DNA from: a virus
Length of the DNA stretch: 60,768 bases
Direction: 5' to 3' (one strand)
IMG/VR virus record: IMGVR_UViG_3300045988_117276
Position 1 is the first letter of the stretch; every line of letters starts with the position of its first letter. Made by a program: the position numbers and the translations under genes. The notes under the pieces were generated by a model. It was not told the origin of the DNA and searched no databases. It was given only the letters and a program-made list of their open reading frames with translations. Below are positions 1 through 10,087 of this stretch, piece after piece.

Positions 1-55
1 CCACATTGGTTACTCCACTTCCCTCCCAGGCATGTTCGTTGGAACTGCTATATGA
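1..55. repeat. Terminal direct duplication, identical to 60714..60768 (circular-assembly overlap)
   Basis: ccacattggttactccacttccctcccaggcatgttcgttggaactgctatatga occurs verbatim at both window ends. The reading frame stays in phase across the junction. Confidence 0.95.
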
Positions 56-2605
56 TGTATCAAGGGCTTCTACGATACCTTTGTCGTAGTTCTGCTCAGA
101 TGATACATCAATCTCTATATGTATCATCTGATTAGCTCTTCTTGTCGTAAACGACACTCTTTGCTTGTATGTCGAGGAATGAGATGTAGGAGATGGAGAG
201 ACATAGTAATCACCGTCTTTTGTAAAGTTACCCGAATAAGAGAAGGTAATATCCTCCCGATCCGGAGAAAGGGACCATCCTGCCGGATTTGCACCGGTAG
301 GCGTAGCAGGCTTTCCGAAAGCATGCTTATACCGTAGCTCCGTATATTTACCCGGTAATCCCTTGAATCGTATAGGATCACCCCATGTGCCGGAAGAAGC
401 GCTTGAAGCGACCTTCTGAGAAATCCAGACAACATCTTTTGTTGCGTTAGTGTGCCATCCTCCGCTTGTCCCGCTTCCGGTCGGACGGGATGGTTCATCT
501 TCGCTGTCATGGTATGTAATGAAAACACTCAGGCCATCCGTGCCGTCAGTACCATCTGTTCCGTCCTGACCGTCCGCAACCATCAACTCCCAAGCAGCGC
601 CGTTATAGATATAGACGATACCATTACTGGTATTGCGATAAGCCCAGTTTTTTTGAGGATTGGCAGGAGCGCTTGATAAATCCCCTTTCCACGTAATACT
701 GAGCCCGTCTTTACCATCTTCACCATTTATACCGTCAAGCCCCTTCTTCCCGTCTGAGACAACAGCAATCGTTTCGCGGTCGATCAGTACTACTCCCGAT
801 GTTTCATTGTAAAGCCGGAACTGTATCTTATCTGTTATCCCGGAGACGGATATTTGCTTATCCGGAGTATAGCTAGTCGCATTTCCTGAGTCTATAATAT
901 AATCCATTGAGTAGCCAACTGGCAGAGAGGATACGACAGTAGAAGCTCCGTCGGTCTTCATCACCCGGCAGGATATATTCGAGACATCACTGTTCCCGTC
1001 AGCATCTCTCTTTATGATATTGGTCGATGGCTGAAGCGAGTAAATGACCGCGTTCTGACCATTTGTTCCGTCAGTCCCATCCTCTCCATTCTCCCCCGGC
1101 TTCACTTTGTTTATCGATAAATGCAGGGTACGTTCATACTGAGAACCTTTGTATGTTACCCGTCCCGTTATGGGTATACGAATTACATCAGCCACCGCAG
1201 CAGTAATAGCTGTTACCTTAACTATCCCTGTGCTACGATCAGCCGTTGCTGTCACGCCTGTGATGCTGCCTACAGAAAGAGAATCAAGAGGAAGCTCGGT
1301 TGTTCCGTAGAACATAGAGAATGTTGTTGTGACAGGTAAACCGAATACCACCGTCCCGTCCAGAGAGCAAGCTACAGACTGCATTTCATCGTCAAGATCA
1401 GCAGAGATGCTTCCTTCTCCGTCAAGACCATTCTTACCATCCTCAGTCATCACATACCATGCGCCATCCTGGTATACGTAGCATTTCTTGTCGGTAGTAT
1501 TACGATACCAGTATCCGTTCTGAGGATTTGCCGGAGCAGAAGAGAATTCCCCCATAAAAATGAGGCTTGTACCGTCTTTGCCGTCAGTACCATTCGTACC
1601 GTCCTGGCCATCTTTACCCGGTTCGCCCTTGAGATTTTCCTTTGTTTCCTCGTCCAGATTATCCCACGTTAAGACCACTCCCTTCATGGAGCACACATAT
1701 TTTTTTTTCGATGCGTCCCAATACCACGAAATGGCACCTCCGGCTATGTGACCGGATTTATCTGTAGCAAATCGGGCTGATCCGTCTCCAAACTCAGCAG
1801 TACCGTCCGGATAGATACAGTAAACGACATGCCCTTTAGAGTCTGTACCTTTGATCATACCATTTTCGCAATAGAAACCCTTAAGCCCGTCTGTTCCGGG
1901 AATATCACCGCCCATACGGATTTTCGTACAACCGGCAAAACTCTTGCTGTTGATACCAAACAGAATATCGATTGCAGGCTGTCCACCTTCATCGGCATGC
2001 AAATAGATCGCACTCTGACGATTTACATCCTTCGAGTTACCGAACTGGACAATCTCATCACTGACAGCCGGAGTAGTCATACCCGACAATGCCGGATCAA
2101 CAGCCTCCATGCCGTCTGTGTAACCTATACCGCCGGTGAACTCACTGACAGGTATGACGATTGTATCAACACCGTCAATCTTGCGTATTTCGGCTATCTC
2201 GACCCAATAGCCTTTAAGGGTACCATTCGTCCAATCCTGGCACCGGATGAAATCGTGTGCGACAAAAGACATCTCATCCTCTATGGTGACCAGCCAGTTT
2301 TGTCCGGACTCATCCAGCGTGGCAGTCTTTATACGACCGCATGCCTGAGTGATACCCAGTGCACCCTTCACCGCGCGGATCTTCTGAATAAGAAGCTCAA
2401 AAACGACCATTGTCTCGCGAACAACGAGACTGTCTATCTCCAGTTTCCATTTACCCTTGATATACTCCCACAGCTTCCATCCATGACCGGCAAATCCGGA
2501 CACGAAGTCTTCGACGTATTCCTTTACGCCGTTCGACAACTTACGTCCTGTCGCTTTCACAGAACAAAGAAATCCGTAGAACTTACCGTTACTTAGTATT
2601 GCCAT
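1..2605 (-). CDS. Giant collagen-like tail fibre, N-terminal 850 codons (continues at 60713..59269 after removing the 55-bp duplicate; 1349 aa in total)
   Basis: Own translation. The ATG at 2605-2603 lies 1 nt after the TAA of the Tal-like gene. The frame (MAILSNGKFYGFLCSVKATGRKLSNG...) is open down to position 1. G-X-Y runs are present (GEPGKDGQDGTNGTDGKDG, GENGEDGTDGTNGQN, GKKGLDGINGEDGKDG, GQDGTDGTDGTDG), and a module SSAPANPQ..W.YRNT...Y.Y..GAW..M occurs twice. It is absent from the ORF track because there is no stop before the window edge. Plus-strand ORFs 1121..1339, 1560..1751 and 1829..2596 are shadow ORFs. Confidence 0.85.
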   Translation of the reverse strand, partial: MAILSNGKFYGFLCSVKATGRKLSNGVKEYVEDFVSGFAGHGWKLWEYIKGKWKLEIDSLVVRETMVVFELLIQKIRAVKGALGITQACGRIKTATLDESGQNWLVTIEDEMSFVAHDFIRCQDWTNGTLKGYWVEIAEIRKIDGVDTIVIPVSEFTGGIGYTDGMEAVDPALSGMTTPAVSDEIVQFGNSKDVNRQSAIYLHADEGGQPAIDILFGINSKSFAGCTKIRMGGDIPGTDGLKGFYCENGMIKGTDSKGHVVYCIYPDGTAEFGDGSARFATDKSGHIAGGAISWYWDASKKKYVCSMKGVVLTWDNLDEETKENLKGEPGKDGQDGTNGTDGKDGTSLIFMGEFSSAPANPQNGYWYRNTTDKKCYVYQDGAWYVMTEDGKNGLDGEGSISADLDDEMQSVACSLDGTVVFGLPVTTTFSMFYGTTELPLDSLSVGSITGVTATADRSTGIVKVTAITAAVADVIRIPITGRVTYKGSQYERTLHLSINKVKPGENGEDGTDGTNGQNAVIYSLQPSTNIIKRDADGNSDVSNISCRVMKTDGASTVVSSLPVGYSMDYIIDSGNATSYTPDKQISVSGITDKIQFRLYNETSGVVLIDRETIAVVSDGKKGLDGINGEDGKDGLSITWKGDLSSAPANPQKNWAYRNTSNGIVYIYNGAAWELMVADGQDGTDGTDGTDGLSVFITYHDSEDEPSRPTGSGTSGGWHTNATKDVVWISQKVASSASSGTWGDPIRFKGLPGKYTELRYKHAFGKPATPTGANPAGWSLSPDREDITFSYSGNFTKDGDYYVSPSPTSHSSTYKQRVSFTTRRANQMIHIEIDVSSEQNYDKGIVEALDTSYSSSNEHAWEGSGVTNV

Positions 2606-2606
2606 A

Positions 2607-5249
2607 TTATTCTAATTCTTCAATCAATGAATCTTCAACTTCTTCTATCAATTCTCCGCCACGAACTACAAGGCCACCGTTAGCTGCAGAAAATCCTTCC
2701 GACACAAATCCCTTACCGAAAGTTATCAATCCTTCTGCTTTGTCATCTTCAATGCTGCTAAGGGAGCGACGTTCAATCTCATCAATAATTCTTTTTGCCG
2801 AAAATGTATTGCGATCCGTAGGAACAGTCTTGTCATTCAAACCGATGAGATATATACTCGTTCCTCCACTTCCTGACACAGAACCGGTATATGCCTGTCC
2901 CTTGTATGTAAGAGAATCAAGTTTGCTTTCTATCTCGCCTATACGCGAATATGAGGCAGTCTCTCCAACCGTATAAATTGGATGATCGTAAGGAATATCC
3001 AGCGGCCACTCAAAACCAATTATTCTGGATTGTCTGCTTTTAGGAAAGAAAGCCTTATTGATCAGGTTAACTTTGTCTCCCACCTCATAGGTGATAATAT
3101 TCTCATTATTATAGATGAACTCAGGGTCCATATCACAATCGTAGGTGGAAGGATCAATCATAGACTTTTTGACATAGTCTTTTGCCTTTTTCAATAACTC
3201 ATCTTCGGCCTCCGGAATCAATTCTTCTGAGACATAAGCCGTATCAAAACCATAAAGAACATATGTGTCAGAATCAGCAGGAAACAAAATGTCATCAGGA
3301 AGGTAACGGCCGTAATCCTCATTACGCACAATTTCGAAAGTGGTACCGGAATCATCACTCTCCTGCAGAAGTAACTCAAAGTCCAGGCCGGCGAGTTTGC
3401 CCGTCTGAAAGGTCAAGCGGAAACTTTCTCCGTCCAGCCGGAAGTCATTTGTAAAATTCTTCAACCCTGCATCCTTGAACGTATAGATACGATACTTGTC
3501 TCCGGTTGGATTGTCGTCCTCGTCAAGTTCATCTTCCTCCCGGTATGTTACATTTGATAATGTGCCGACATATTTGGGATGTTCATCTTCAAAGATGACA
3601 ATTCCCTCTACAGCTTCTTCCTGCGACATCTCCACATTATTATTGTCATCATAATGAGTTTCACCAATGTATATACGTTCTCCAGTAGGACTATAACGGT
3701 AAGCATCCACATAAGGAACTTCCTCCGGGAGCATAAGACGTTTCTGGACCACACCATTTAAAGTAAGCTCCTTGTCATCTTTGCTAAAGTAGCTGTCAGG
3801 AACCTTTCCCTTAATGATGTTGTCAATTGTATATCTATCACCGAGCGAGGCCGTTACTCCGCTAGGCAATTGTATTACGTTAGCGGAATCACCGATTAAA
3901 TGGTCCGGATTATATACACAGGAGAATGTCTTACCCGAATTTAGTCCGGAAAGAAAGGTCACTGTAGCATCTGCCGACGATCCTTTGAATAGAGTTATAT
4001 CATACGAAACATAAGCCGAGAAAGAATCATTCAGAATAGAGGATTCACGGGATGGGACATGTGCGTATATCCTGATCTTTAAATCAGTAGCATTCCCTTC
4101 AATCTGCAAAGAAGAAGCGACAGCAAACACAGCAGAGACTTCGTACTGCTGCTCTTGGGATAAGGTAACCGTTTGATTACCTATAGAAACTTCTTTAGTT
4201 ACACCAGATAATTTATAGACATAAGATGCCCTCAAAACATAATCACCGGCAGGAAGAAAAGAACGTCCTGATCCGATTGAAGGAATAACCGTGGATACAT
4301 TAATTGATATGCCTTCTCCTGATGAAACCTTATAATCTCCTGCAGGTAACGAAGTTACGATATCAGTGTCATGCGTCCATTCTACATAAGATGCAGTAAA
4401 ACTGCCACTACCTATACTTTCCTTTACCGGATACTCTTCTTTGTGAACGACGCGACTTGGGAAATACTTTACATCAAGCGGTCTTGCCGTATCGGATATT
4501 TCCCTACCGTTTGCCTGCTTGACATCAAAAATAAGATTCTTACGGTAAGTAGAAGGAATGTTTCGCGTTGAACCAAAGGCATAAACACGAGTAGCGAAAA
4601 CCGTCTGACTATCGCTACGCTGCATGGAGCTTACGTTTACATCCTCAGTATCTGTCAAATCTCCGGCCTTGAAATCTACGGGAGAGCTGTATTCGCAACG
4701 TCCGAAATGAATTGTCTTATCAGTTATCCACCATTCACACTCCCATGTCTCCGCCATTTGGGTAAGGGCATCAATCAGGTTTACGCTATCATACGAAACG
4801 AGCTTGGAAGTGTTTTCAACCGTAGTGTCAATCTCATATTTAAAATCCTCTTCTCTATATTTGTATCCGAGTGATTTCAGGTTATCAAGGAAGACTTTAA
4901 GATGAACGTCAAGAGTGGCTGTCAGGTTCCAGCTCGCCTCGCGACCGGTACTCTCCGGAGTATAGAAAAACTTCTTGTTTTTCCACTTCCAGTAGTAGGC
5001 GTCCAGCCGGAGTTCGTAATCATAACCACCGCTCGTAGAATTATAGGTGGGCTTGTACAAGTCTACAAGCTCAAACATGCCAATATTTTCGTCATCAATG
5101 TAATCCCCGAGCTGAAAGTAGACAGGTTCAGCTAATGAGAACTTGAGAGTAATGTAATCAGAACTCATTAGCTGGAACTTTCTTTTACTACCTTCGTTGA
5201 TAGGAGTAGAAAAACGAATGTTGCCGGATATGTCTTTGATGTCTATCAT
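2607..5249 (-). CDS. Tail-associated/baseplate hub protein (Tal-like minor structural protein)
   Basis: 880-aa ORF directly after Dit and before the fibre. The N-terminus (MIDIKDISGNIRF...YDYELRLDAYYWKWKNKKFFY...CEWWITDKTIHFG) resembles siphophage Tal/prophage-tail proteins. The start is moved to the ATG at 5249 because the track start at 5285 lies inside a terminator hairpin. Confidence 0.7.
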   Translation of the reverse strand: MIDIKDISGNIRFSTPINEGSKRKFQLMSSDYITLKFSLAEPVYFQLGDYIDDENIGMFELVDLYKPTYNSTSGGYDYELRLDAYYWKWKNKKFFYTPESTGREASWNLTATLDVHLKVFLDNLKSLGYKYREEDFKYEIDTTVENTSKLVSYDSVNLIDALTQMAETWECEWWITDKTIHFGRCEYSSPVDFKAGDLTDTEDVNVSSMQRSDSQTVFATRVYAFGSTRNIPSTYRKNLIFDVKQANGREISDTARPLDVKYFPSRVVHKEEYPVKESIGSGSFTASYVEWTHDTDIVTSLPAGDYKVSSGEGISINVSTVIPSIGSGRSFLPAGDYVLRASYVYKLSGVTKEVSIGNQTVTLSQEQQYEVSAVFAVASSLQIEGNATDLKIRIYAHVPSRESSILNDSFSAYVSYDITLFKGSSADATVTFLSGLNSGKTFSCVYNPDHLIGDSANVIQLPSGVTASLGDRYTIDNIIKGKVPDSYFSKDDKELTLNGVVQKRLMLPEEVPYVDAYRYSPTGERIYIGETHYDDNNNVEMSQEEAVEGIVIFEDEHPKYVGTLSNVTYREEDELDEDDNPTGDKYRIYTFKDAGLKNFTNDFRLDGESFRLTFQTGKLAGLDFELLLQESDDSGTTFEIVRNEDYGRYLPDDILFPADSDTYVLYGFDTAYVSEELIPEAEDELLKKAKDYVKKSMIDPSTYDCDMDPEFIYNNENIITYEVGDKVNLINKAFFPKSRQSRIIGFEWPLDIPYDHPIYTVGETASYSRIGEIESKLDSLTYKGQAYTGSVSGSGGTSIYLIGLNDKTVPTDRNTFSAKRIIDEIERRSLSSIEDDKAEGLITFGKGFVSEGFSAANGGLVVRGGELIEEVEDSLIEELE

Positions 5250-5273
5250 ATCCCCAAAGTTCGGAGATAGAAG

Positions 5274-5298
5274 AAAAAAGCCCAAAACTTTTGGGCTT
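5274..5298 (-). terminator. Rho-independent terminator between Dit and Tal
   Basis: Minus strand reads AAGCCCAAAAGTTTTGGGCTTTTTTCTTC: a 6-8 bp stem, a short loop and a T6 run. Confidence 0.55.
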
Positions 5299-5338
5299 CA
5301 AGAAATAACACTTTGTATAAAGTTACATAATAGCAATT

Positions 5339-5755
5339 TTATATCCTATTTGAAGGATTCGGTTCGTTCAGCTTAACTGAAATCTTAGAAAACGTTCTTG
5401 CAGTATTGAAACCGAAAGATGCTGACCGGAGATAGTATAGATGATAAACCTCTTCACCTAATGCCGGAACTTTGACTGTAAATTCCCCCTTTGTTATCTC
5501 ATTCTGAAACGCCTTGTACTTGGCTGTATAATCGGATGGGGAACTTCCTTTCAGTGTAAATGTAAGAGTCAAATCCCGTTCGTCCACCTTTCTGTTCTCG
5601 ATTATAATTCTTTTCCCGTCTTGTAGACGCGATTTGTTTTCAATCACATCTTTCATCGGAAGTGGAGCGTAAATAGCTTCTATGAATCCATCTCCCATAT
5701 TGACTCCCCACATCGTGTAGGCATCTTTGTTATTGATTAGTAGGTCTCCTGTCAT
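5339..5755 (-). CDS. Distal tail protein (Dit-like)
   Basis: 138-aa ORF starting 4 nt after the tape-measure stop, the canonical Dit position. Start taken at the internal ATG at 5755 (MTGDLLINNKDAYTMWGV...). Confidence 0.6.
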   Translation of the reverse strand: MTGDLLINNKDAYTMWGVNMGDGFIEAIYAPLPMKDVIENKSRLQDGKRIIIENRKVDERDLTLTFTLKGSSPSDYTAKYKAFQNEITKGEFTVKVPALGEEVYHLYYLRSASFGFNTARTFSKISVKLNEPNPSNRI

Positions 5756-5759
5756 AATA

Positions 5760-8700
5760 TTACTTTTTTGATAATCCATTAGTATTTCGCTTGACCTCTG
5801 CAATATCAGCCGCCATCTGCTGTATAGGTTTCACCATGATGTTAGTATTGTCACGAATGTCTGTTATAGCCTCATAGGAAAGCCGTATCAGGTCCCTTGT
5901 CTCTCCTGCAATATCCTTTATTCCAGACGTGTTTGCGCCTATGGACAACATACCTGCTTTCAAGTCAAGAATAGACATTGTTTGAAGTTGATTCTGATTC
6001 TTGATTTCCTCTCCAGCGATTTGAAGGGCAGTGAAGCGTCCGTTCAATTCGTCAGCAGAATCCTGAGACATTGTAGCAAAGCCTTTCTTGGAAGATTCCT
6101 GAGAAGAAGCAGAAGATGTCCACCCAAAAACTTCTGCCATAGCATCACGTTCTGCGATCATCTCTTCAGCCAATTCTTGCTGTGCTCTTCTCAACTCATC
6201 CGCTTCTGAAGATGTTAAATCAAAAATACCATCTCCATTGCTGTCAGATTTATTCGCCCAGTCATCATACAAGGCCTCTATCTTATTTCTATACTTATTA
6301 GCTATAAGATTAGAAAGTATTGCATTTTTAAGATAATTCTCAAAATCATCTGCAAAATCCTTACTATCCTTATCCATGTCGGATAAAGTAGACACGAAAT
6401 TGTCATAAAAAGAATCAAAAGAGACACCGGTCATAGTTTCTTTCAGTTGCTCTTTCATATTTTCAATTTCATCGTTGCAGTCGATTATATCCTGCAAATA
6501 TCCCTTTACATCGTCATCCAATTTAGCCCAGAAAGTAGGAGCATCCTCTTGCAATTTAGATAATTGTTCTGCCGTCAAACTGAACAAACCTGTTAACCTT
6601 CCGCCAATGGCATCTGGATCTATCCCTATTGATTGAGCAAATTCATCCCATTGTCTCCACCCCTCATTGCTCATACTTTTACGAATTCTCACTCCAATAG
6701 AATGAGAACCTGCAGAAGCACCACTATTTAGCCTTTCTATACCTAGTTCTATATTGCTTTGTAGTTTCTTTCCAATTAGGTCTATGGCTTCCTCTCCTGC
6801 TTTACGCGCTTCATCACCATAGCTAATATCGACATATTCCTTCTTCTTACTAATAAGGATATCCCATACATCAATCAAAGAAGCATATTCTTCTTTCATC
6901 TTGTTATAAGCAGAATAATCAGCACCAAGAACACCTACAAGCCCAGTAGCCATTCCGATTGCTCCACCAATAATAGCTCCCCATGGACCGCCGACTGATG
7001 CCCCCGTTGCAGCATAAGAAGCAGTATTACCTAATACAGATGTTACTTTCCCAGCCGTACTGTCTGATTCCACCCCTAATTCTTCAAGAATGCCGGTTAA
7101 TTCTTTTGCAGCCGATGCTATTCCTTGAAATCCTTTAGAGATACTTTCGGAATCTTTGGTTTTAAAACCTTCAGTTATTTGCTTGAACGGATTATTCTCG
7201 TCAAGCATCTTCTTAAATTTCTTAATCGAAGTTTCAAGGTTAGCTATAAATTTACTCAGAGCTGCCGGATTAGACATGGCATCATTTATGGCTTTCACCG
7301 TTTTCTCATTATTTTTGAATATATCCGGTATCTGAGCACCCTCTACGCCATTCATGTAGTTAATAAGCTCTTGAATGTCCTCTATTATACTTCTGATAGA
7401 TGAAGAAGATCGATTAGAGAAGTCTGCGAAAAATTTGCTCCACAGTTCTGAACTATCCAATAGCTCTTTATCCAAGTCATCAAGTTCTTTTTTCCTTTGA
7501 GCCGTAAGAGTGGCTTTTTCAACACTCCCTTCTTCTGCTTTAGCTATTTGCTTATCATATTTCTCCATGATAGCCATACGCTTCTCTTGATACTTCCCGT
7601 ATTCGATATAATATTCATTCCAAGCGTCTTTTTGTAGGCTTTGGTATTCTTTCAAGTTTTTTTCAAAAGCTGCAATCTGAATCTTATACATCTCGTTAAA
7701 ACCTTGATTTTCACTATCCGATAAAGATATACCGGTTGCATCAAAGGTTTTTCCTTTGTTTTCTGGATTTGCTTCCCATATAGAACGAGCATCATCTATT
7801 TTCTTACGCAAAAGATCTTCTTTTTGCCGGTCGATGGCCTGCATTTCCTTTTCAAAATTAAACTCTATTTCAGCAATAGTCTTCTTCGATCCCTCATCCA
7901 TTGCCTTTATACGCGCTTCATCTATTTCCATCTGCATATCCTCTGCGGAACGCTTCTGTTCTAAGGCCTGTTTGTCCATCAACTCAGCTATTTTATTTTG
8001 CTGATCGGTGAGAGAATCAATATCTTCAGTTCCTAAAGGACTACCATTATTAGCTACAAAGGCACTTACATCTATAGATTTTACAAGAGCATCATTAGCG
8101 GCTTTTAAAGCATTGACGGCTTCTGTGTTTTCTTTCAAAGCCTTTTTCCTCCTGTTGTATTCCATAGCTTCTTCTGTTAGCACTTCTCCTGTTTGTGTAT
8201 ATCCAGTTATGGAACTACCAACAACTGCCGTAACACTAGCCGTCCCCTCCTTAGTTTTTTCCCTGTTGCGGTTAGTCCAGTTAGTATCTGCATTTATTGC
8301 TTTTTGTAATTGATAAATCTTATTGTAATTATCTTCAATAATCTTCATTGCTGATCTCGCCTGTGCTGCTTTTAGTATATTATCATTCAGAGACTTATAA
8401 GCAGTGGCAGCATTTCCCGCAAGAATAGCCTCATTCGATAAATTTCCAAAATATTGGGGATACTTTCTTTGTAACTCGTCTGCTGCATCATTCCGCTCCT
8501 TTAACAACCGAGTATGGTCTTGGGTAGCTTTATACAATATATCAAGTTCCACACGTTCAGCAGCTGATTGTTTTGCTCCATCTTTCATAGCTTTGCTAAG
8601 ATTCTGCATTCGGACAATCATACCATCAACAGCATCGGAAGAACGAGATAGTGTATTAATCCAGTTAATTATATCCTTACCATACACAGAAAGCAGAGTT

Positions 8701-9659
8701 AATCCAACAACAAGAGCAGTCTGCCAGCTTATAAGAGACTTTGTTAATTGCCGCCAAACTGGAGCAACAGCCTTGACACCTTTATTTCCGGCAGCAATTT
8801 CAGCCTTAAATGCAGCATATTCTTTTCTTGCTTTAGCAATCTCACCTACAAGGGTAGGAAGGTTGTTTGAAATTGCAAGGAAAAAAGTATTTGCACTAAC
8901 AGCCAATGAAGGCAATTCACGAGCCACCTGTTGTACAGAGAAACTGAGCCCATTCCATGCACTGGCATAATTACCTACATTTCTTTGAAATCTACCAGAA
9001 GCTTGTTCAGCCGCACTCAATTCCTTCTGAACATTTGCAATTTGGGCCAACAACGCTTTGCCAGCATCACCGTTTCTTCGCGTTCTTCCGAGGTCATCAT
9101 AATCCTTAGTCAAGAGGATTATTTGCTTTCTGAGAGCTGTTATACTGCCTTCTTCCGCCCTACTCTGAATTATCTGATCCTTCTGTGCCTTAATTGTCCT
9201 TCTGATAGATTCCTCCTCGACTAGCCTTTGTGCTGCCAGTTGCTGCACCTGTCTTAATATTCCAGTTCCGGAAGAACCTGTTTTTTCAGAATCAGCAAGG
9301 GAAACAAAGCTTTTCTTTAGCTGTTTTATTTGCTTATCCGTTTCAATTACAGCTTCAGTATTGGCTACAATCCATTTATTAGTGGACTGCAATGCGGCTG
9401 TCTCTTCCTTTGCCTTTTTGATTGCAGCATTGGAAGAATCAATGTCATGCTTCAGCTTTTGGATTTGAAGATATTTATTTTTATACTCTTCTAATTTTTG
9501 GCTAGCCGCCGCTATCTCTTTCTCTAATTGCTTTATGGCCGCATCACTATTTGGTATCCCCGCAACAGCTTTTAGAGAATTCTTCAATTTATCTATTTCT
9601 TGGCGCAGTTTTATGATGTTTTTCACATCAATATCTGCGGTAAATTTCATTCCTGCCAT
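5760..9659 (-). CDS. Tape measure protein
   Basis: 1299 aa, very long coiled-coil-rich (K/E/A/Q) sequence with a glycine-rich hydrophobic segment (GGPWGAIIGGAIGMATGLVGVLGA). It lies between the chaperone genes and Dit. Confidence 0.9.
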   Translation of the reverse strand: MAGMKFTADIDVKNIIKLRQEIDKLKNSLKAVAGIPNSDAAIKQLEKEIAAASQKLEEYKNKYLQIQKLKHDIDSSNAAIKKAKEETAALQSTNKWIVANTEAVIETDKQIKQLKKSFVSLADSEKTGSSGTGILRQVQQLAAQRLVEEESIRRTIKAQKDQIIQSRAEEGSITALRKQIILLTKDYDDLGRTRRNGDAGKALLAQIANVQKELSAAEQASGRFQRNVGNYASAWNGLSFSVQQVARELPSLAVSANTFFLAISNNLPTLVGEIAKARKEYAAFKAEIAAGNKGVKAVAPVWRQLTKSLISWQTALVVGLTLLSVYGKDIINWINTLSRSSDAVDGMIVRMQNLSKAMKDGAKQSAAERVELDILYKATQDHTRLLKERNDAADELQRKYPQYFGNLSNEAILAGNAATAYKSLNDNILKAAQARSAMKIIEDNYNKIYQLQKAINADTNWTNRNREKTKEGTASVTAVVGSSITGYTQTGEVLTEEAMEYNRRKKALKENTEAVNALKAANDALVKSIDVSAFVANNGSPLGTEDIDSLTDQQNKIAELMDKQALEQKRSAEDMQMEIDEARIKAMDEGSKKTIAEIEFNFEKEMQAIDRQKEDLLRKKIDDARSIWEANPENKGKTFDATGISLSDSENQGFNEMYKIQIAAFEKNLKEYQSLQKDAWNEYYIEYGKYQEKRMAIMEKYDKQIAKAEEGSVEKATLTAQRKKELDDLDKELLDSSELWSKFFADFSNRSSSSIRSIIEDIQELINYMNGVEGAQIPDIFKNNEKTVKAINDAMSNPAALSKFIANLETSIKKFKKMLDENNPFKQITEGFKTKDSESISKGFQGIASAAKELTGILEELGVESDSTAGKVTSVLGNTASYAATGASVGGPWGAIIGGAIGMATGLVGVLGADYSAYNKMKEEYASLIDVWDILISKKKEYVDISYGDEARKAGEEAIDLIGKKLQSNIELGIERLNSGASAGSHSIGVRIRKSMSNEGWRQWDEFAQSIGIDPDAIGGRLTGLFSLTAEQLSKLQEDAPTFWAKLDDDVKGYLQDIIDCNDEIENMKEQLKETMTGVSFDSFYDNFVSTLSDMDKDSKDFADDFENYLKNAILSNLIANKYRNKIEALYDDWANKSDSNGDGIFDLTSSEADELRRAQQELAEEMIAERDAMAEVFGWTSSASSQESSKKGFATMSQDSADELNGRFTALQIAGEEIKNQNQLQTMSILDLKAGMLSIGANTSGIKDIAGETRDLIRLSYEAITDIRDNTNIMVKPIQQMAADIAEVKRNTNGLSKK

Positions 9660-10087
9660 GTGACTTTTACATTTTCGTTTCCAAATGATTCCTTTAACTC
9701 TTTCTCTACGGTTAGGCTTGCCGAATCCAGAACGTCAAAGCCCTTGCTAGATACAAAGCTCGCATATTCCATTCCATCGGCGAACACAACACCGTTTTTG
9801 GGTAGTTTCCCATATATAAGCAAGTTCTCTGTCTTGCCTTTGGCCCCCGCATGTTCGCTATCTGCCGGAACATATAGATAAACAATATTCCCATCACGAA
9901 CTACAGCAGCTCCCGGAGCATTACGAAGATTCCACGTATGGTTCTGATAAGTCTTCTTGCTACTCACATTTCTTTCTTTTTGAGTGTCAACTGCATTATG
10001 CGCCGCTTCCTTCATAAGCTCATTTGCATACTCCTCCACCTCTTCAACAAACTCGTCCAGGCCAGACAAATCAACCGTTACTTCCAT
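9647..10087 (-). CDS. Tail-module protein of unknown role
   Basis: 146-aa ORF translationally coupled to both neighbours. Weak resemblance to HK97 gp10-type proteins (TWNLRNAPGA...YASFV); not secure. Confidence 0.5.
   Translation of the reverse strand: MEVTVDLSGLDEFVEEVEEYANELMKEAAHNAVDTQKERNVSSKKTYQNHTWNLRNAPGAAVVRDGNIVYLYVPADSEHAGAKGKTENLLIYGKLPKNGVVFADGMEYASFVSSKGFDVLDSASLTVEKELKESFGNENVKVTWQE

Noticed and set aside
575-1550. A diversity-generating retroelement (template/variable repeat pair), suggested by the duplicated SSAPANPQ... module in the fibre.
   Set aside because: No reverse transcriptase gene is present in the genome. The two copies differ at all base types rather than mainly at adenines, and both are coding parts of one gene.
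119-2596. Plus-strand and off-frame ORFs in the first 2.6 kb (119..337, 124..528, 452..676, 1121..1339, 1560..1751, 1829..2596).
   Set aside because: They lie opposite to, or out of frame with, a continuous 850-codon minus-strand frame with clear tail-fibre and collagen features. They are shadow ORFs.
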